From assembly GCF_006345805.1 (NCBI RefSeq), contig NC_042997.1, forward strand, positions 131,936,001 to 132,000,000: 64,000 bases of DNA, in the 5' to 3' direction. Source of the stretch: Octopus sinensis. Lineage: Eukaryota. Under the pieces are notes generated by a model. The model was given only the letters and a program-made list of their open reading frames with translations, did not search any database and was not told where the DNA came from. Positions 12,171 through 25,179 of this stretch are shown here, one piece after another (the stretch's first letter is position 1; every line of letters begins with the position of its first letter). Position numbers and translations under genes: made by a program.

Positions 12171-13369
12171 CTTGAAAGAAACGGATAAAAAAACACAGAT
12201 AAGTAAGCTTAAAAAATAATAAATTTATCAGGTGCAGGTATGGCTGTGTAGTTGAGCAGCTCAATTTGCAACAATGTGGTTCTGGGTTCAATCACAGTGT
12301 GTGGCACCTTGGGCAAGTGTCTGATACAGTCCTGGGCTATAGTAGAAGACACTTGTGAGTGAATTTGATTGGGGGGAAAACTGTGTGGAAGCCAGTTGTG
12401 TGTGTGTGTTATGTATTCCCCACCACTACTACTTGACAACCAATGTTGGTTTGTTTACATCCCCATAACTTAGTAGCTCAGCAAAAAGATAATCAAAAGT
12501 AAGTAGGGGTTAATCAGTTTGACTAAACCTTCCAAGACACCCATTTAGAGTCATGATACCGTGGATCTGCACTGCTTTTAACTATAGAGTCAGCCAACCA
12601 GAACAATGATGCCTCCACTGGCTTGGCCATGTACGCTAAATGACAGATGGGAGGATCCCAAAAGACCTGCTGTATGATGAACTGGCCTCCAGCAAGAAAA
12701 CCACATCTCTATTTCAAAATGCTTAAGAGAGAGAGATTTTTTTTTTTAGGTTTCAACTCAGAGTTGTGGCCATGCTGATGCACCACCGTTGAAGTTTCTT
12801 TCTATGAAAATTGCAAAGTGGGAAGACACTGCTGAATATTGCTCTCACTGGAACTAGACAAAGGTTCAGAAAGATTAGAGGACTGGCAGACAGCACTCCA
12901 AGTGCAATCACTCACATGTGCATCTCTTACCATTATTATTACTATGATAATGCATATAGGTATAGGCATGGCTGTGTGATAAGAAGTTTGCTTCCCAACG
13001 ACATGGTTCTGGGTTCAATTCCACTGCGTGGCACCTTGAGGAAGTGTCTTCTACTCTAGCCTCAGGCTGATGAAAGACTTCTGGGTTGATTTGGTAGATG
13101 GAAACTGTAAGAAGCCAGTTATATATATGAGTGTGTGTATGTGTGTCTTTGTGTATGTGTGTCTTTGTGTCTGTATTTGTCCCTCACTATTGCTTGACAT
13201 CTGGTATTGGTGTGATTAAGACCCCATAACATAGTAGTTTGGCAAAAGAGATCGATGGAATAAGTACCAGGGTTATTCATTTAACTAAACTGCTTCAAGG
13301 TGGTGTCCCAGCATGGCCATAGTTTAATGATTGAAACATAAGATAAATATTTATAATATTGATTTACAG

Positions 13370-13692
13370 AGGCAATGACTGAGACCTTTGGTACTATGTT
13401 GTGCTTGAGAAGAAGATCCATTAAACCAAGTGAAATCACAGCCGTGGCAGATACTGGTGTCACCCAAATTGGCACCCATGCCGGTGGCACATAAAAGCAC
13501 CCTGGTGTCACACAAATAGCATGTAAAAGCACCCATTACACTCTCGGACTGGTTGACATAAGAAGGGCATCCAGCTATAGAAAAACCATGCCATATCAGA
13601 CTGGAGTCTGGTGCAGCCTTCCAGAGTGCCAGCCCATTCAAACCATCCAACCCATGCCAGCATGGACAATGGACGTTAAATGATGATGATGA
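13370..13692 (+). mobile_element. RTE-LINE 3' end (ORF2 stop plus 3' module, (GAT)n tail); one of about 35 copies of this module
   Basis: Begins DLWYYVVLEKKIH*, then gtgccggtggcac units, ggaagggcatccagctgtagaaa, ccaacccatgccagcatgg and ggacgttaaatgatgatgat. Confidence 0.8.
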
Positions 13693-14532
13693 CGTAATAT
13701 TTAGAAGTTGTTGTTTAGCTCTTCCTAAGCATTTGTTTAGCAAGTATTTAACAACATTCCTCAATGTGTGTAAGTTTTCAATATTTTTTAAGACATTAAA
13801 ACACGACTTTAAGGAAGCTTGGCTGCTATTTTAGCAATTCAAGCGACCATGTAAAACCTCCTTTACTGGCTACAGTAGTAATAGTATAGGAAGAAGATGT
13901 CACACTGCCAAAGACAGGATTCAATCAAGCCACATTTCTGGCAAACGCATTCTGTTAATTCCATTTGATTTTCCATGATTACAAATAAAAAAAAAACATT
14001 GGAATCCAAGAAAATGTTGAGGCTTGGCAAACATAAACAGAGGTTCTGTTTAAGAATGTGAAGAAAACATTCCAAAAGAGAGATATCAATAGTCTCAGCC
14101 AAATCAGAGATGAGTCCATTAAGAAGTAAAAGAATGCAGCATTATGGATTAATGTGTTTTTCTACTCCAATCTTTTTCTTGTTAATTAACCAACTCTTAT
14201 ATCAATATTGTTTTATTGTATAGCAATTGTATTTATATGTTACGAATGTGTAGGGTGGAGGGACATAGCTTAGTGGTTAGGATGTAGAACTGATGCTTGT
14301 AAGCTTGTGGTTTCAATTCCTGGTCCAGATGATGTGTTGTGTTCTTGAGCTAAACACTTCATTTCGCGTGGCTCCAGTCCACTCAGGGAGGAATATATAC
14401 ATCAAAGGAACTGGGAAACTGGCCCTATGCTCCTTATGGAATAATATCGACTAACCATACATAGGTGTAGGTGTTGAGAAGCATATTTCCCAACCACACA
14501 GAGTAGGGTTCAGTCCCATTGTGTGGCACCTT

Positions 14533-14945
14533 ATCATCATCAACATCATCATCATTTAACGTTTGCTTTCCATGCTGGCATGGGTTGGATGATTTGACTG
14601 AGGACTGGTGAACCAGATGGCTGCTCCAGGCTCCAATCTGATCTGGCAGAGTTTCTACAGCTGGATGCCCTCCCTAATGCCAACCACTCCAAGATGGTAG
14701 TGGGTGCTTTTACATGCCACCAGCACGAGGGCCAGTCAGGTGGTACTGGCAACAGCCACGCTCAAATGGTGTTTTTTACGTGCCACCTGCACAAGAGCCA
14801 GTCCTGCGGCACTGGCAACGACCTTGCTTGAATGATTTTTCACATGCCAGTAAGGCAACGCTGGTAATGATCACACTCAGATGGTGCTTTTTATGTGCCA
14901 CCGGCGCAGAAGCCAGTCAGATGCTCTGGCAACGATCATGCTCGG
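14533..14945 (-). mobile_element. RTE-type 3' module with four tandem GTGCC-nnn-GGCAC units
   Basis: catcatcatttaacgtttgctttccatgctggcatgggttgg...ctacagctggatgccctccctaatgccaaccactcc followed by repeated gtgcttttacgtgccaccggcac-like units. Confidence 0.8.
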
Positions 14946-14999
14946 ATGACATTCTCATACATCTTATACATAAACATATTTGTATATACATTTGCAAAA

Positions 15000-15350
15000 T
15001 TTATCAGGTTCAATTAGTGAGCGACTACAGCTGATAAATACAAAATCCAGACAGAAGAGGAATCAGACAGTGTACAAGGAAGGAGGCTGCATTGATGGGT
15101 GATGTGTGTGGAGGATAACAGTTGCGTAAAAAAAAGTGAAGTGCCTAGTGATTCATGTGGAAGGAACCCTGCGGAAGAAGAAGATATGGGAAGAGGTAGT
15201 GAGTGCTTATCTCAAGAGGCTGAGTCTCATGAAAGAGATGATGACAAGAGGCTGCAACAAGTGACGAAACAGTGTGCTAGAGAAAACTCAGCCAACCTAG
15301 GCAAGTTTTAAAGGAAAAAGAACGTGTGTGAATATGAATGTGATGATGGT
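15000..15350 (+). mobile_element. RTE LINE ORF2 3' end, decayed
   Basis: VQGRRLH*WVMCVEDNSCVKK, then after a frameshift VEGTLRKKKIWEEVVSAYLKRLSLMKEM...VLEKTQPT; ends in a degenerate ccaacc...gcaag...gatgatg tail like the abundant RTE 3' module. Confidence 0.75.
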
Positions 15351-16492
15351 AATGAGGGTATGGTTGTATTCAAAAATAGTGATTCAAAAATTCAAGAAAG
15401 AAAGGAAACTAAATTATGATGATGTGGAAGGTTTTCTGTGTCACAAATACATTAATGAATAATGAATAAAGATAACAAAACTATAAAATAGATGAAATAG
15501 AATTAAAAAAAAAAACTATAAAAAAATAAATAACTCACACTGACACATTAAATATTTTCTTTAAATAATGAAAATGGGGAAATATGCAACTGAGAAGAGG
15601 GGGGAGATGGGGGAGAAAGGGGGGAGAGAGAAGGCGAGAGAGAAAGGGAAAGCGAAAGAGAGATGGGGAGGGGTTTTTTTTTGCTATTTATTCCTCTTTA
15701 GAAATGTATGACAGAAAGCGCACTGCTCAACACACATATTGAAAAATGAGAGAAAAGGAAATAATGAGAACGGCAAACATGAGGAGTGGTAGAACAATGT
15801 GTTTACATAAAATAGATAGACTAGATGAAACTGTAATACTGGTGAGAGAGAGAGAGAGAGGGGGGATGGAAGGGGGAAGGATAAAATTGCTACAGCTGGG
15901 TGGGTGTGGCACAAAGAAACAGCATTGCACAAGGTGGATTCTGCCAACTAGGCTTCCACTGTATATTCATACATGATATGACTGGAGGTGTAAGACATTG
16001 AAGATGCTATTCCAAGTTGTCATGATTCCACTACACATCTATTTTCCAAATTTCCTATTCATTTTTCAGTTTTTTTTTTTTAGTCGAATAAGAGAAAAGA
16101 CCATGGTACCTCTGTAACAGAAGAACTGCGCAATGGTGAAAGTAGCCATTGGTCATTTGGTAACATATTGGCAATACAAAAATGCGAAAGAATGTTTGTT
16201 TTGTTATTTACAGTCTGTGGGGAGGGAGCTGCAAAACATCAGGCACACTACCTCTCCTCCTCTGTCTAACTTAGAATAACGCAAAGATCACAACATGATA
16301 TATAACAAGAGTGAAAAGCTTTTCATCATCATCATTCTCATCATCATCATCGTTTAACGTCCGCTTTCCATGCTAGCATGGGTTGGACAAACCAACCACA
16401 GAATTGTCATGTCTCCGAATTTTAACAACATGTTAAGTGACCAATATCAAAGAAAAGAAACCCATTTCATAGGCCGGTTAGAGTGTACTTAC

Positions 16493-16638
16493 CTGCTGGA
16501 ATGATGCCTATCCTTAAGTCTGGCTGTATAGGAGTTGTGTCACGACAGGGTTGCGCATTCCCATTGTCTTTCAGTGTTCTTATGAGCAATCCATTTAAAA
16601 GTTCTGTAAACATCCCATCACCACCCACACAGACAATC
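16493..16638 (-). CDS. CERK: Ceramide kinase exon with ATP-binding GGDG motif (146 nt, phase 2 to 1)
   Basis: IVCVGGDGMFTELLNGLL...PDLRIGIIPAG, the DAGK-family GGDG and GIIPAG motifs in CERK form. Acceptor gttttcag, donor G|gtaagt. Confidence 0.97.
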
Positions 16639-17735
16639 CTGAAAACAACAACAATATTTTCTTTGTCAGAAAAGGCAACACAAATACAACATACATAATG
16701 GTTTCTCACAAGCTGACATTATACCAGCCCTCGCTTTCAACATCCCAAAAGTTGCAGAGACAGTCATATATAAACTTTATTCCCTTACGTCTCTTTCCAT
16801 CCTCAATGGCCTTCATGGTCAGTTTCCGAGGAATCAAAAGTCTCATAATCTTTGTCTCACACCAATGGTCTCTCATCCTTGAGAAACCTACCAAAGCAAT
16901 CATCATCATTTAACGTCCGCTTTCCATGCTAGCACGGGTTGGACGGTTCAACCGGGGTCTAGGAAGCCAGGAGGCTGCACCAGGCTCCAGTCTGATCTGG
17001 CAGTGTTTCTACAGCTGGATACTCTCCCTCAACTTATACCCTAGCATCTTGATAATGAAAAGACACATTAGATAATGTAGTCTTAGATCACTATATCAAT
17101 CCGAAAAATTAGTTACAATGCATTACATTGCAAGGCTATTTTTCAGGCAGGGCTGACCAGGAGTTAAAGGACAACAGTTACATCACCAGTTAGAAAGGAT
17201 CTATAAGGCTTATGAGTTCAGCACCTCTTCCCCAGACTAATATATATAAAAATATCTGTAAAGCTACCAAGCCTTTGTAAAGGGTGCCAATGTACTTCAC
17301 TGGATCTAAGAGAATAAAATAAAAATCCACTACTCCCATGGTTTGGAATGGGAGTTTTTGTTTCTTATTTAGTAAGAATTCTTCCTGGTTACTAATGCCT
17401 TCAATTTATCCAAGATCTCTTGACTCATCTGGAAATTTTTTTTGTTCATCTCTCACTCTCTCTCTCTCACACACACACACTTCTGTCAGAATCAACATTA
17501 GACATAATATTGGATAACTCTTCTTTGTTTAGCAAATCAAAAATGAAAAACTACAATAGAAGCAATGGTGATGGCTAGAAATCATATATGATTGCAGACA
17601 GACTTTCTCTTTTTCCTCTCTCTCCCTCTCCCACAGACACACATATAAATACATTAAGTAAGATAAACAAGACGAAACCCATCCATAGTAAAGTTAAACA
17701 AAAAAATATCTTTATTGATTTCTATGTCCACTTAC

Positions 17736-17799
17736 CCATCGTATTTGGCAAGATCAGCTTCTTGTAAGTAATCCAAGGCATAGTTTGCCCTGTCTGTTG
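17736..17799 (-). CDS. CERK: Ceramide kinase exon (64 nt, phase 1 to 2)
   Basis: Hand translation TTDRANYALDYLQEADLAKYDG (human VTEHANQAKETLYEINIDKYDG). Acceptor ttccttttacag, donor GG|gtaagt. Confidence 0.95.
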
Positions 17800-19049
17800 C
17801 TGTAAAAGGAAAATAAAGTCAATGTACAGTCATGTGTTTGTGTACATTTATAATACATTATACATAATATATAAAAATTAGGGTATACTGGATGTGTGTA
17901 TGTGTGTATGAGTGTAAATAGGGGAAAAGAGTGCTAAGCAAAGCTGCCAGATACTTAAAATATGACTGTTAATTTACTCAGTAGAACTGTACTAAGTAAA
18001 TTCAACTTGTTTAAATAGCCGAGTGAGTTTAACGGTATTTTGATTAGGTTCGCTGTAAATTCCTTCACAAATTCACAAACAGCAGGCCATATTACAAAAT
18101 AATCTAACATGTAGAGACAGACACACATGCATAAAAACATAAAGAAAGATACAGACACAAAGAAATACACACACACATGCAAAAGTTTATTACTGATTGA
18201 ATGTCTTACATTATTAATTGGAGAGGAAATTAAAGATATACAATATGCAAGCAAGGTTTCATAACCAATTAATGATGAAATATTCAGTGCCAAATCATAA
18301 TTGAAACAAAAGCAATATCTCCTTGCTGATTGGTCAATATTTCAATATTTTCTTGGTGCAAATGAACTCAACTGAACTACTAGTTCAAACTGTCTTTCTT
18401 TTACTTGTTTCAGTCATTGGACTACGGCCATGCTGGTGCACCACCTTAAAGAGTTTGGTCGAATAAAATCAGCCCAGGTACGTATTTTTAAAGCCTAGTA
18501 CCTATTCTATCAGTCTCTTTTGCTGAATCACAATGTTATGTGAATGTAAACAAACCAACACTGGCCGTCAAGTGATCAGGGGAACAAACACAAAACACAA
18601 AGACACACACATGTGTGTGTGTATGTGTGTGTGTGTGTCTAAGTTGAACACAGCACGATTTGAACTCAAAATGTAAAGAGCCACAACAAACATGACAAGG
18701 CAAGTTTCTTCCTCACATTCCAATTCTGACAATCCACCATTCTTCTATTACACAATAATAATCCATTCTACTAGAGGCACAAGGCTTGAAATTTTGCGTG
18801 CAGGGGGTAGTCAATTACATCAACCCCAATATTCAACCCTGAAAGGATGAAGGGTAAAGCCAACCATGACAGAATCTGAACTCAGAACTTAAAGATGGAT
18901 GAAATGCTGCTAAGCATTTTCCCAGTGTATCAATGATTCTGCCAGCTCACCACCTTGTGTTAAACAACAGTAATAAGGATTAATGATGTCATCAAACAAA
19001 GTGATAAAAATATAAATTCTACAGAAAAATATAAGAATTGCCAACTTAC

Positions 19050-19178
19050 TGATAGAATGCACGATAATGTCAGCTAAATCAAACAGTGGAACCACCTTCT
19101 CTGCATAAATTTTGGGTCCCTTTTTCTTGCCACCAACAGGATTGATGAAGACAAGGAGACTCTTGGGCCGACGGAATT
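19050..19178 (-). CDS. CERK: Ceramide kinase exon (start of catalytic domain, 129 nt, phase 1 to 1)
   Basis: Not in the ORF track; translated by hand as FRRPKSLLVFINPVGGKKKGPKIYAEKVVPLFDLADIIVHSI, matching the CERK/SPHK RPK-LLVFINP-GGK motif. Acceptor tttcttttatag, donor A|gtaagt. Confidence 0.96.
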
Positions 19179-21435
19179 CTATAAAAGAAATAAAAATGGA
19201 AAGTGAAAATTAGTTCTCAAGAGGAAATTTAAGTAACTGTGAACAACATGGAGACCTACACTGTACTCAGCCCTCTGGGATTGACAAAATAAAGTGTATG
19301 GCACGTAAAAAGCACCATTCGAGCATGGTCAATGCCAGTACCGCCTGACTGCCCCCTGTGCCAGTGGCACAAAAAAAAAAGCACCCGCTACACTCTCAGA
19401 GTGGTTGGCATTTGGATCAGCATCCAGCTGTGTAAACTTTGCCAGATCAGACTGAAGCCTGGTGCAGCGTCCTCGCTTGCCAGTCCTTAGTCAAACCGTC
19501 CAACCCATGCCAACATGGAAAGCGGACGTTAAATGATGATGATGCTGATGATATATATACACATACATATAAACGTGTGTGTGTAAATCTTTTGCTGATA
19601 TGTATCATCAAAAGATGATGTTGATAAAATTGTTAAACTGGTGCTTTTGAACCAAAATCTTTTCTTTGATATTTATTTCAAATAAGTTACAGACGCTCCC
19701 TTGTTACTCTTACCATTGCAAATGCAGTGAACCAAGGATTAACCCAATGGAACCTGTATCCAGTCTGAAGAAAGGAAAAAGCTTCCCTTTCCCCAGAGAA
19801 ATATGAACTCAGAATGGTGTGGGATGAGTGCGTACAAAATGAATGAATCATCATTTAACATTCGTTTTCCATGCTGGCATGGGTTGGACAGTTTGACATG
19901 TTCTGGTAAGCCACAAGGCTGCACAGAGCCCTAGTGTCAGCTTGGGCATGTTTTCTACAGTTAGATGCCCTTCCTAATGCCAACCACCTCAGAATGTGTA
20001 CTGGGTGCTTTTATGATTAATGGAATAAAATTCTTGACCCAACCAATGAAAAGCTGAATAAATATATGAAAACTTAAAACCAAACTACCACATTAAAAGT
20101 TCAACTTAACACAACTTGCCATCAGGAGTCACCTATAGATAACAAGAGGAAGTTATCATAAATAACGAATTACATGAACTCTTACAAATATGATACACAA
20201 GAATAAGGCCTTGGCTTTTTATAACAGACCAAAACACCGAGAACAGTTATTCCAGTTATGAGAGAAAGATAAATGAAATTCTAAGATGTTCCAGTTTTGT
20301 TCCAAAAGAAGTTATGTGAAATGAAAGCATCTGGGAATTGGAAAGACAAGTTGCAAAAGTCAGCTCTTGAGGTGCTGACCTCTGCTCTTTTAACATTCTA
20401 TTCGTATGTATGGAATGAATATTTATAGACATAACTGTAATCTTTTGATACATTGATATCTATATCTTGTTCTCTCATTACTCCTGACAAAAACTGCAGA
20501 CTGCATACACACACAAACACGCACACAAGCATACAGACTCACATAATGTATGTACATATATTGCATGTACGGCGCTAATTTGAAGTCTCATGACGAATAC
20601 AGCTGAGAGTAATTAAGTGCAAGTTATAAATGGATCAACAGTAGCTAGAGTAAGTTAAGGCTGATGAAAGAGAGAAGTCTTGATGAAACTGAGATGGTTA
20701 AGAAATATTTCAGTTGTCAGGACTGTTTCATGTTTTTCTATCTTTTTCAATTTTCTTTTGTTTTTGTTTTTTTTTTCATAATCATGACTAATCAGCCAGG
20801 CTTCACTTATCTAAATATTCAGATGCCATACACATAAAATAACAAAAAAAAATTAAAAAAAAAAAAAAAAGGCAGTTAAGTTAGTGTTAACATATTTGAT
20901 GCAGGAAGCATTGTAACCCTGACTGAAAAACCTACCTTCTTGAAATTTACTCAATGATTCATTCTCTAATTACAGTTTTAGTCAGTTTCGGGAAATCTAC
21001 ACTTGACTGAGAAAGTTTTAATAACCAAAACATATCCAGTGTTGTCTCACATACATAGCAAAATAATTAAAATCATATTAGTTGATGTGTAATATTGTTT
21101 TTATTTTCCCTCACCATTAAGTTTTCTAGTTAGTTTTTTTAGCACTCACCGTGTCTCTCTCTGTATTAAATATGTTAACACTAATTAATGAGAATTTTTA
21201 ATGTGTATTAAGGTAAATTGATTAGGCTTTTATTAGCCAACACTGTGAGACTTTAATATAAACAAATGCCTATTGAAATTTCAATTAATAACAACTGCTA
21301 TTTTTAATTAACAATTAATTCAATAATCACACACAGACATATTATGGACTCCTCTTTAAAGAGTTCTCCTGTCATAAACAACAGATGGGAGTTCCACAAC
21401 TTTTTGCTGAATAACCTGCACATAGTGATCATATG

Positions 21436-21835
21436 AGGCACAGGTGTGGCTGTGTGGTAAGTAGCTCGCTTACCAACCACATGGCTCCGGGTTCAGTCCC
21501 ATTGTTTGGCACCTTGGGCAAGTGTCTTCTACTATAGTCTCGGGCCGACTAAAGCCTTGTGAGTGGATTTGGTAGACGGAAACTGAAAGAAGTCCGTCGT
21601 ATATGTGTGTATGTATATGTATGTTTGTGTGTCTGTGTTTGTCCCTACAACATCGCTTGACAACTGATGCTGGTGTGTTTATGTCCCTGTAACTTAGCGG
21701 TTCAGCAAGAGAGACCAATACAATAAGTACTAGGCTTACAAAGAATAAGTCCTGGGGTCGTTTACTCGACTAAAAGGTGGTGTTCCAGCATGGCCACAGT
21801 CAAATGATTGAAATAAGTAAAAGAGTAAAAGCAAT
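21436..21835 (+). mobile_element. SINE family B, full length
   Basis: Same head, microsatellite and tail organisation. Confidence 0.85.
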
Positions 21836-22658
21836 GTTTGTGTAGTATGTTAGCTCACTTTCTTCTATCAAATTGACATCAGTGGTACAGGTGCCCAGTG
21901 CACAACATATCACTGTGATTGCAGAGCGACATAAAAGGAAGTGTTTTGCACACTGCTTGGTCCAGGAATTGAAACCACAATCCTAACTACTAGGCCAAAC
22001 ACCTTCACTATGCGCGCATGTGTGTGTTTGTGTGTGCACGCAAAGATGACAAATCAGATAGAATACGTACTAGGCTTACAAAGAATAAGTCCTGAGGACA
22101 ATTTGCTAAACTAAAGGTGGTGATCCAGCATGGCCACAGTCAAATGACTGAAACAAGTAAAAGAGTAAAGAGTATAACCCATGCACTGAGAAATCTTGCA
22201 CTTTGCTGTATTCAAGAAGACCCATCCTCCACAGTAGAATTGTTAATACCACCCCCACTGCTGAATAGCATTGGCCTGCAAAGAGCCCTGTACTGGTATC
22301 ACATAAAAAAGTGCCCAGCACTCTGTAAAGTGGTTGCCATTATGAAGGTCATCTAGCTGTAGGCACCAAACCAAATCAGACTGGAGCCTGGTAGACTGTC
22401 CAACCCATGCCAGCATAGAAAATAGACATTAAATGATGATGATGATGATATAATTTAGAATTAGCAATTATAAAATTGAACTTAAAATCAAGCACTGAGA
22501 AACCTCCTTAAATTGGATCTTGGGACCAAAATCAACTCTTGTAAAAGAAAAAATTTGCTACAGTTGTCTTAAGACATCAGTTAATCAGATAACTGATAAC
22601 AGTTGTTTGTATGTACATCTGTTAATGTTCTTCAGTGAAAACTCTATTTTATGATATT

Positions 22659-23758
22659 ACTAGCATTAAAGACCCGTCGTTGCTGGGTCATAGTGCTAGT
22701 GCATGTATATATGTGTACATATTACATGTACATCTATATATATATACATCTACACATAAAATACAAAATACAAAGTTATATCTTGATATTGCTAGTGATA
22801 ACAATACTCAAAATATATAACAGACTGGAATTGTTAGCCCATCTCTTGTAATTTCGATCAATTGTATCTTGTCCTCCCTCTTGTATAGAAGTGTGGCTAC
22901 AATCCAACAGCTGCAGCGAAATTCATTTTTGGACTTTCTTCTATAGAAGACATTTTAACAAAAATACTTCCGTGTAAACGGTGAAAATATTGTCAATTTC
23001 CCCAAACAGGGACACAATTCAATTTTTAAACAATAACCAAAGGGGGAGGGTTACGGTTTATAATTATTTAACAAATGCAACACAACAACGCTTCCCTTAC
23101 GAGGAACCAACAAACGTGATAACAATAGTTAAACAGAAATAATAATAACAACAAACCTTACGGTAAACCAAAAAGCAGTACTTGTTGAAGCTATAGGCCT
23201 TTATGGATCAGAAATAAACTAACAGCAGTACTCAGTAGAATGCTTAATGCTAGCTAATTAGCAAATCATCTAATGTAAAAGCCGTGCACACCTCCATCTG
23301 GACTATTCCATTTCTGCACTTAATTTTATTTTTTATTTATTCCCATTCATGTGAAACCACTGATTCAAGTTCAAGTCATTGATGCAATTTTATACCAATT
23401 GCTATTTTTACTTTTGTTATGTTACGATAATATTATACTTTAGTTTGATTTTAATTATTACTTACTACATATAATTCAATTGTTATTATTATTTTTATTG
23501 TTAAAGTGAAAGTATCTGACATAAAATAGAAAAATGTTTTCATTTCACTTTTAACACGTAATACTGAAATAGTGGAGAAGATATGATATTGCTATGGGCT
23601 TGCTCTAGGCAAGAAGTTGAACATTTTTTTTGCCCATGAAAAAACATGGACCCTAAGTAAGGCATGTGTAAAATTTGAATGAAATTGGTTGTGTAGTTCT
23701 CAAGTTTTAGGGAAACAGACAGACAGACACACATTCTCAGTTTTATATATATAAAGAT
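22659..23758 (+). mobile_element. Helitron/Helentron-like non-autonomous element (DINE-1/Lep1-like termini), 1.1 kb
   Basis: Starts t|ACTAGC..gacccgtcgttgctggg; ends (gaca)n cacacattctcagttttatatatataaagat; no TSD. Confidence 0.65.
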
Positions 23759-23777
23759 TACCAGTGTATGGGTTATA

Positions 23778-24160
23778 CTCTTTACTTTTTTACTTGTTTC
23801 AGTCATTTGACTGTGGCCATGCTGGAGCACACCCTTTAATCGAGCATATCGACCCCAGGACCTATTTTTTGTAAGCCTAGGACATATTCTATCTGTCTCT
23901 TTTGCCGAACCGCTAAGTTACAGGGACGTAAACACACCAGCATCAGTTGTCAAGTGATGTTGGGGGGACACACACAAACACACACATATACATATATAGG
24001 ACGGGCTTCTTTTCAGTTTCTGTCTACCAAATTCACTCACTAGGCTTTGGTCAGCCCAAGGCTATAGCAGAAGACACTTGCCCAAGGCGCCAAACAGTGG
24101 GACTGAACCCGGAACCATGTGGTTGGGAAGCTTTTTACCACACAGCCACTCCTACGCCTA
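23778..24160 (-). mobile_element. SINE family B, full length
   Basis: Same organisation, inverted relative to the 21.4-kb copy. Confidence 0.85.
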
Positions 24161-24389
24161 TGTTGTTTTTGTTTTGTTTTGTCAGGCTTAAATTAGTTTT
24201 CATGAGGCACATATATGAGATTAAGGACATTCCAGTTGTGAACATCCAGTCATTTCTCAAGACAGAGTACACATAAGATTACACTATTAAATATGTCCTT
24301 CTATTTCTATATTGGCTGGATGTAATTTGAGGGAGATTTAGCTGCTATTTCAAATAAGTGGCCACAGAATTTCTCTCCTTGTTATATAT

Positions 24390-24610
24390 GTTGTTATTTA
24401 GTCACAGGTCAGCCCTGATCACAGAAACTTATGATCAAAAGCATTTCCAGATTTGACCACCGTGTCTTTTCTCCGAGGCACATGTATAGGGACTACATAA
24501 TCCAACTGATATTTCATTTAGAAAATTGTAGGGTGTTATTTAGATGTGATCTGGTTGCTATTTCTAGCAAGCTGGTGAACTATAGGTTCTCCTATGTGGA
24601 CTTATATTAC
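24390..24610 (+). repeat. Old unclassified interspersed repeat (family F), about 10 diverged copies
   Basis: Recurrent motifs ttgtttagcc..ggtcagccctgatc...tatgatcaaa.gcattccag and gatttggctgctatttctag, also near 1130-1250, 10245-10380, 16995-17170, 41980-42150, 48820-48990 and 56920-57070. Confidence 0.55.
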
Positions 24611-24944
24611 CCTATGTACTCCTTATCTATAGCATAATTCTGCTCCAATCTATGTAACACTTTAAACAAACACTATCTTAACAATGAAACAAAATTGATG
24701 ATATAATCTTATTAATGCACAACATTTCTTTATTTGTCAGACAACTGACAGATAAACTACAGAAGGAAATCAAAGATATAATTTATTATAGACACAAAAA
24801 CATTGACTGTAAAACACCTATCATTATCATCATCAACATTTAACATTCATTTTCCATGCTGGCAGGGGCTAGGTGGCTTTACAGGAACTGGCAAGGCCTG
24901 GGGCCACACCAGACTTACAAATGGGTATTTTAAATTAAGTTTGA

Positions 24945-25179
24945 ACAGGCATCGAGCTGGCAGAAACGTTGGTTCCCCGGGCGAAATACTTAACGGTATT
25001 TCGTCTGTCATTACATTGTGAGTTCAAATTCCGCTGAGGTCGACTTTGCCTTTCATCCTTTCGGGGGTCGATAAATTAAGTACCAGTTACGCACTGGGGT
25101 CGATGTAATCGACTTAATACCTATGTCTGTACTTGTTTATCCCCTCTATGTTTAGCCCCTTGTGGGTAATAAAGAAATA
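24945..25179 (+). mobile_element. SINE family A, full length, 21-bp TSD
   Basis: B-box-like gagttcaaattcc. Perfect TSD ggtattttaaattaagtttga at 24924-24944 and 25180-25200. Confidence 0.92.

Noticed and set aside
14690-14945. CRISPR-like repeat-spacer appearance of the palindromic units
   Set aside because: Eukaryotic intron, imperfect repeats inside a retroelement 3' region, the same arrangement in many dispersed copies, and no cas genes.
17955-18140. Minus-strand ORF that could be a cryptic phase-1 terminal exon between two CERK exons
   Set aside because: Weak acceptor, no homology, and partly built from microsatellite sequence.
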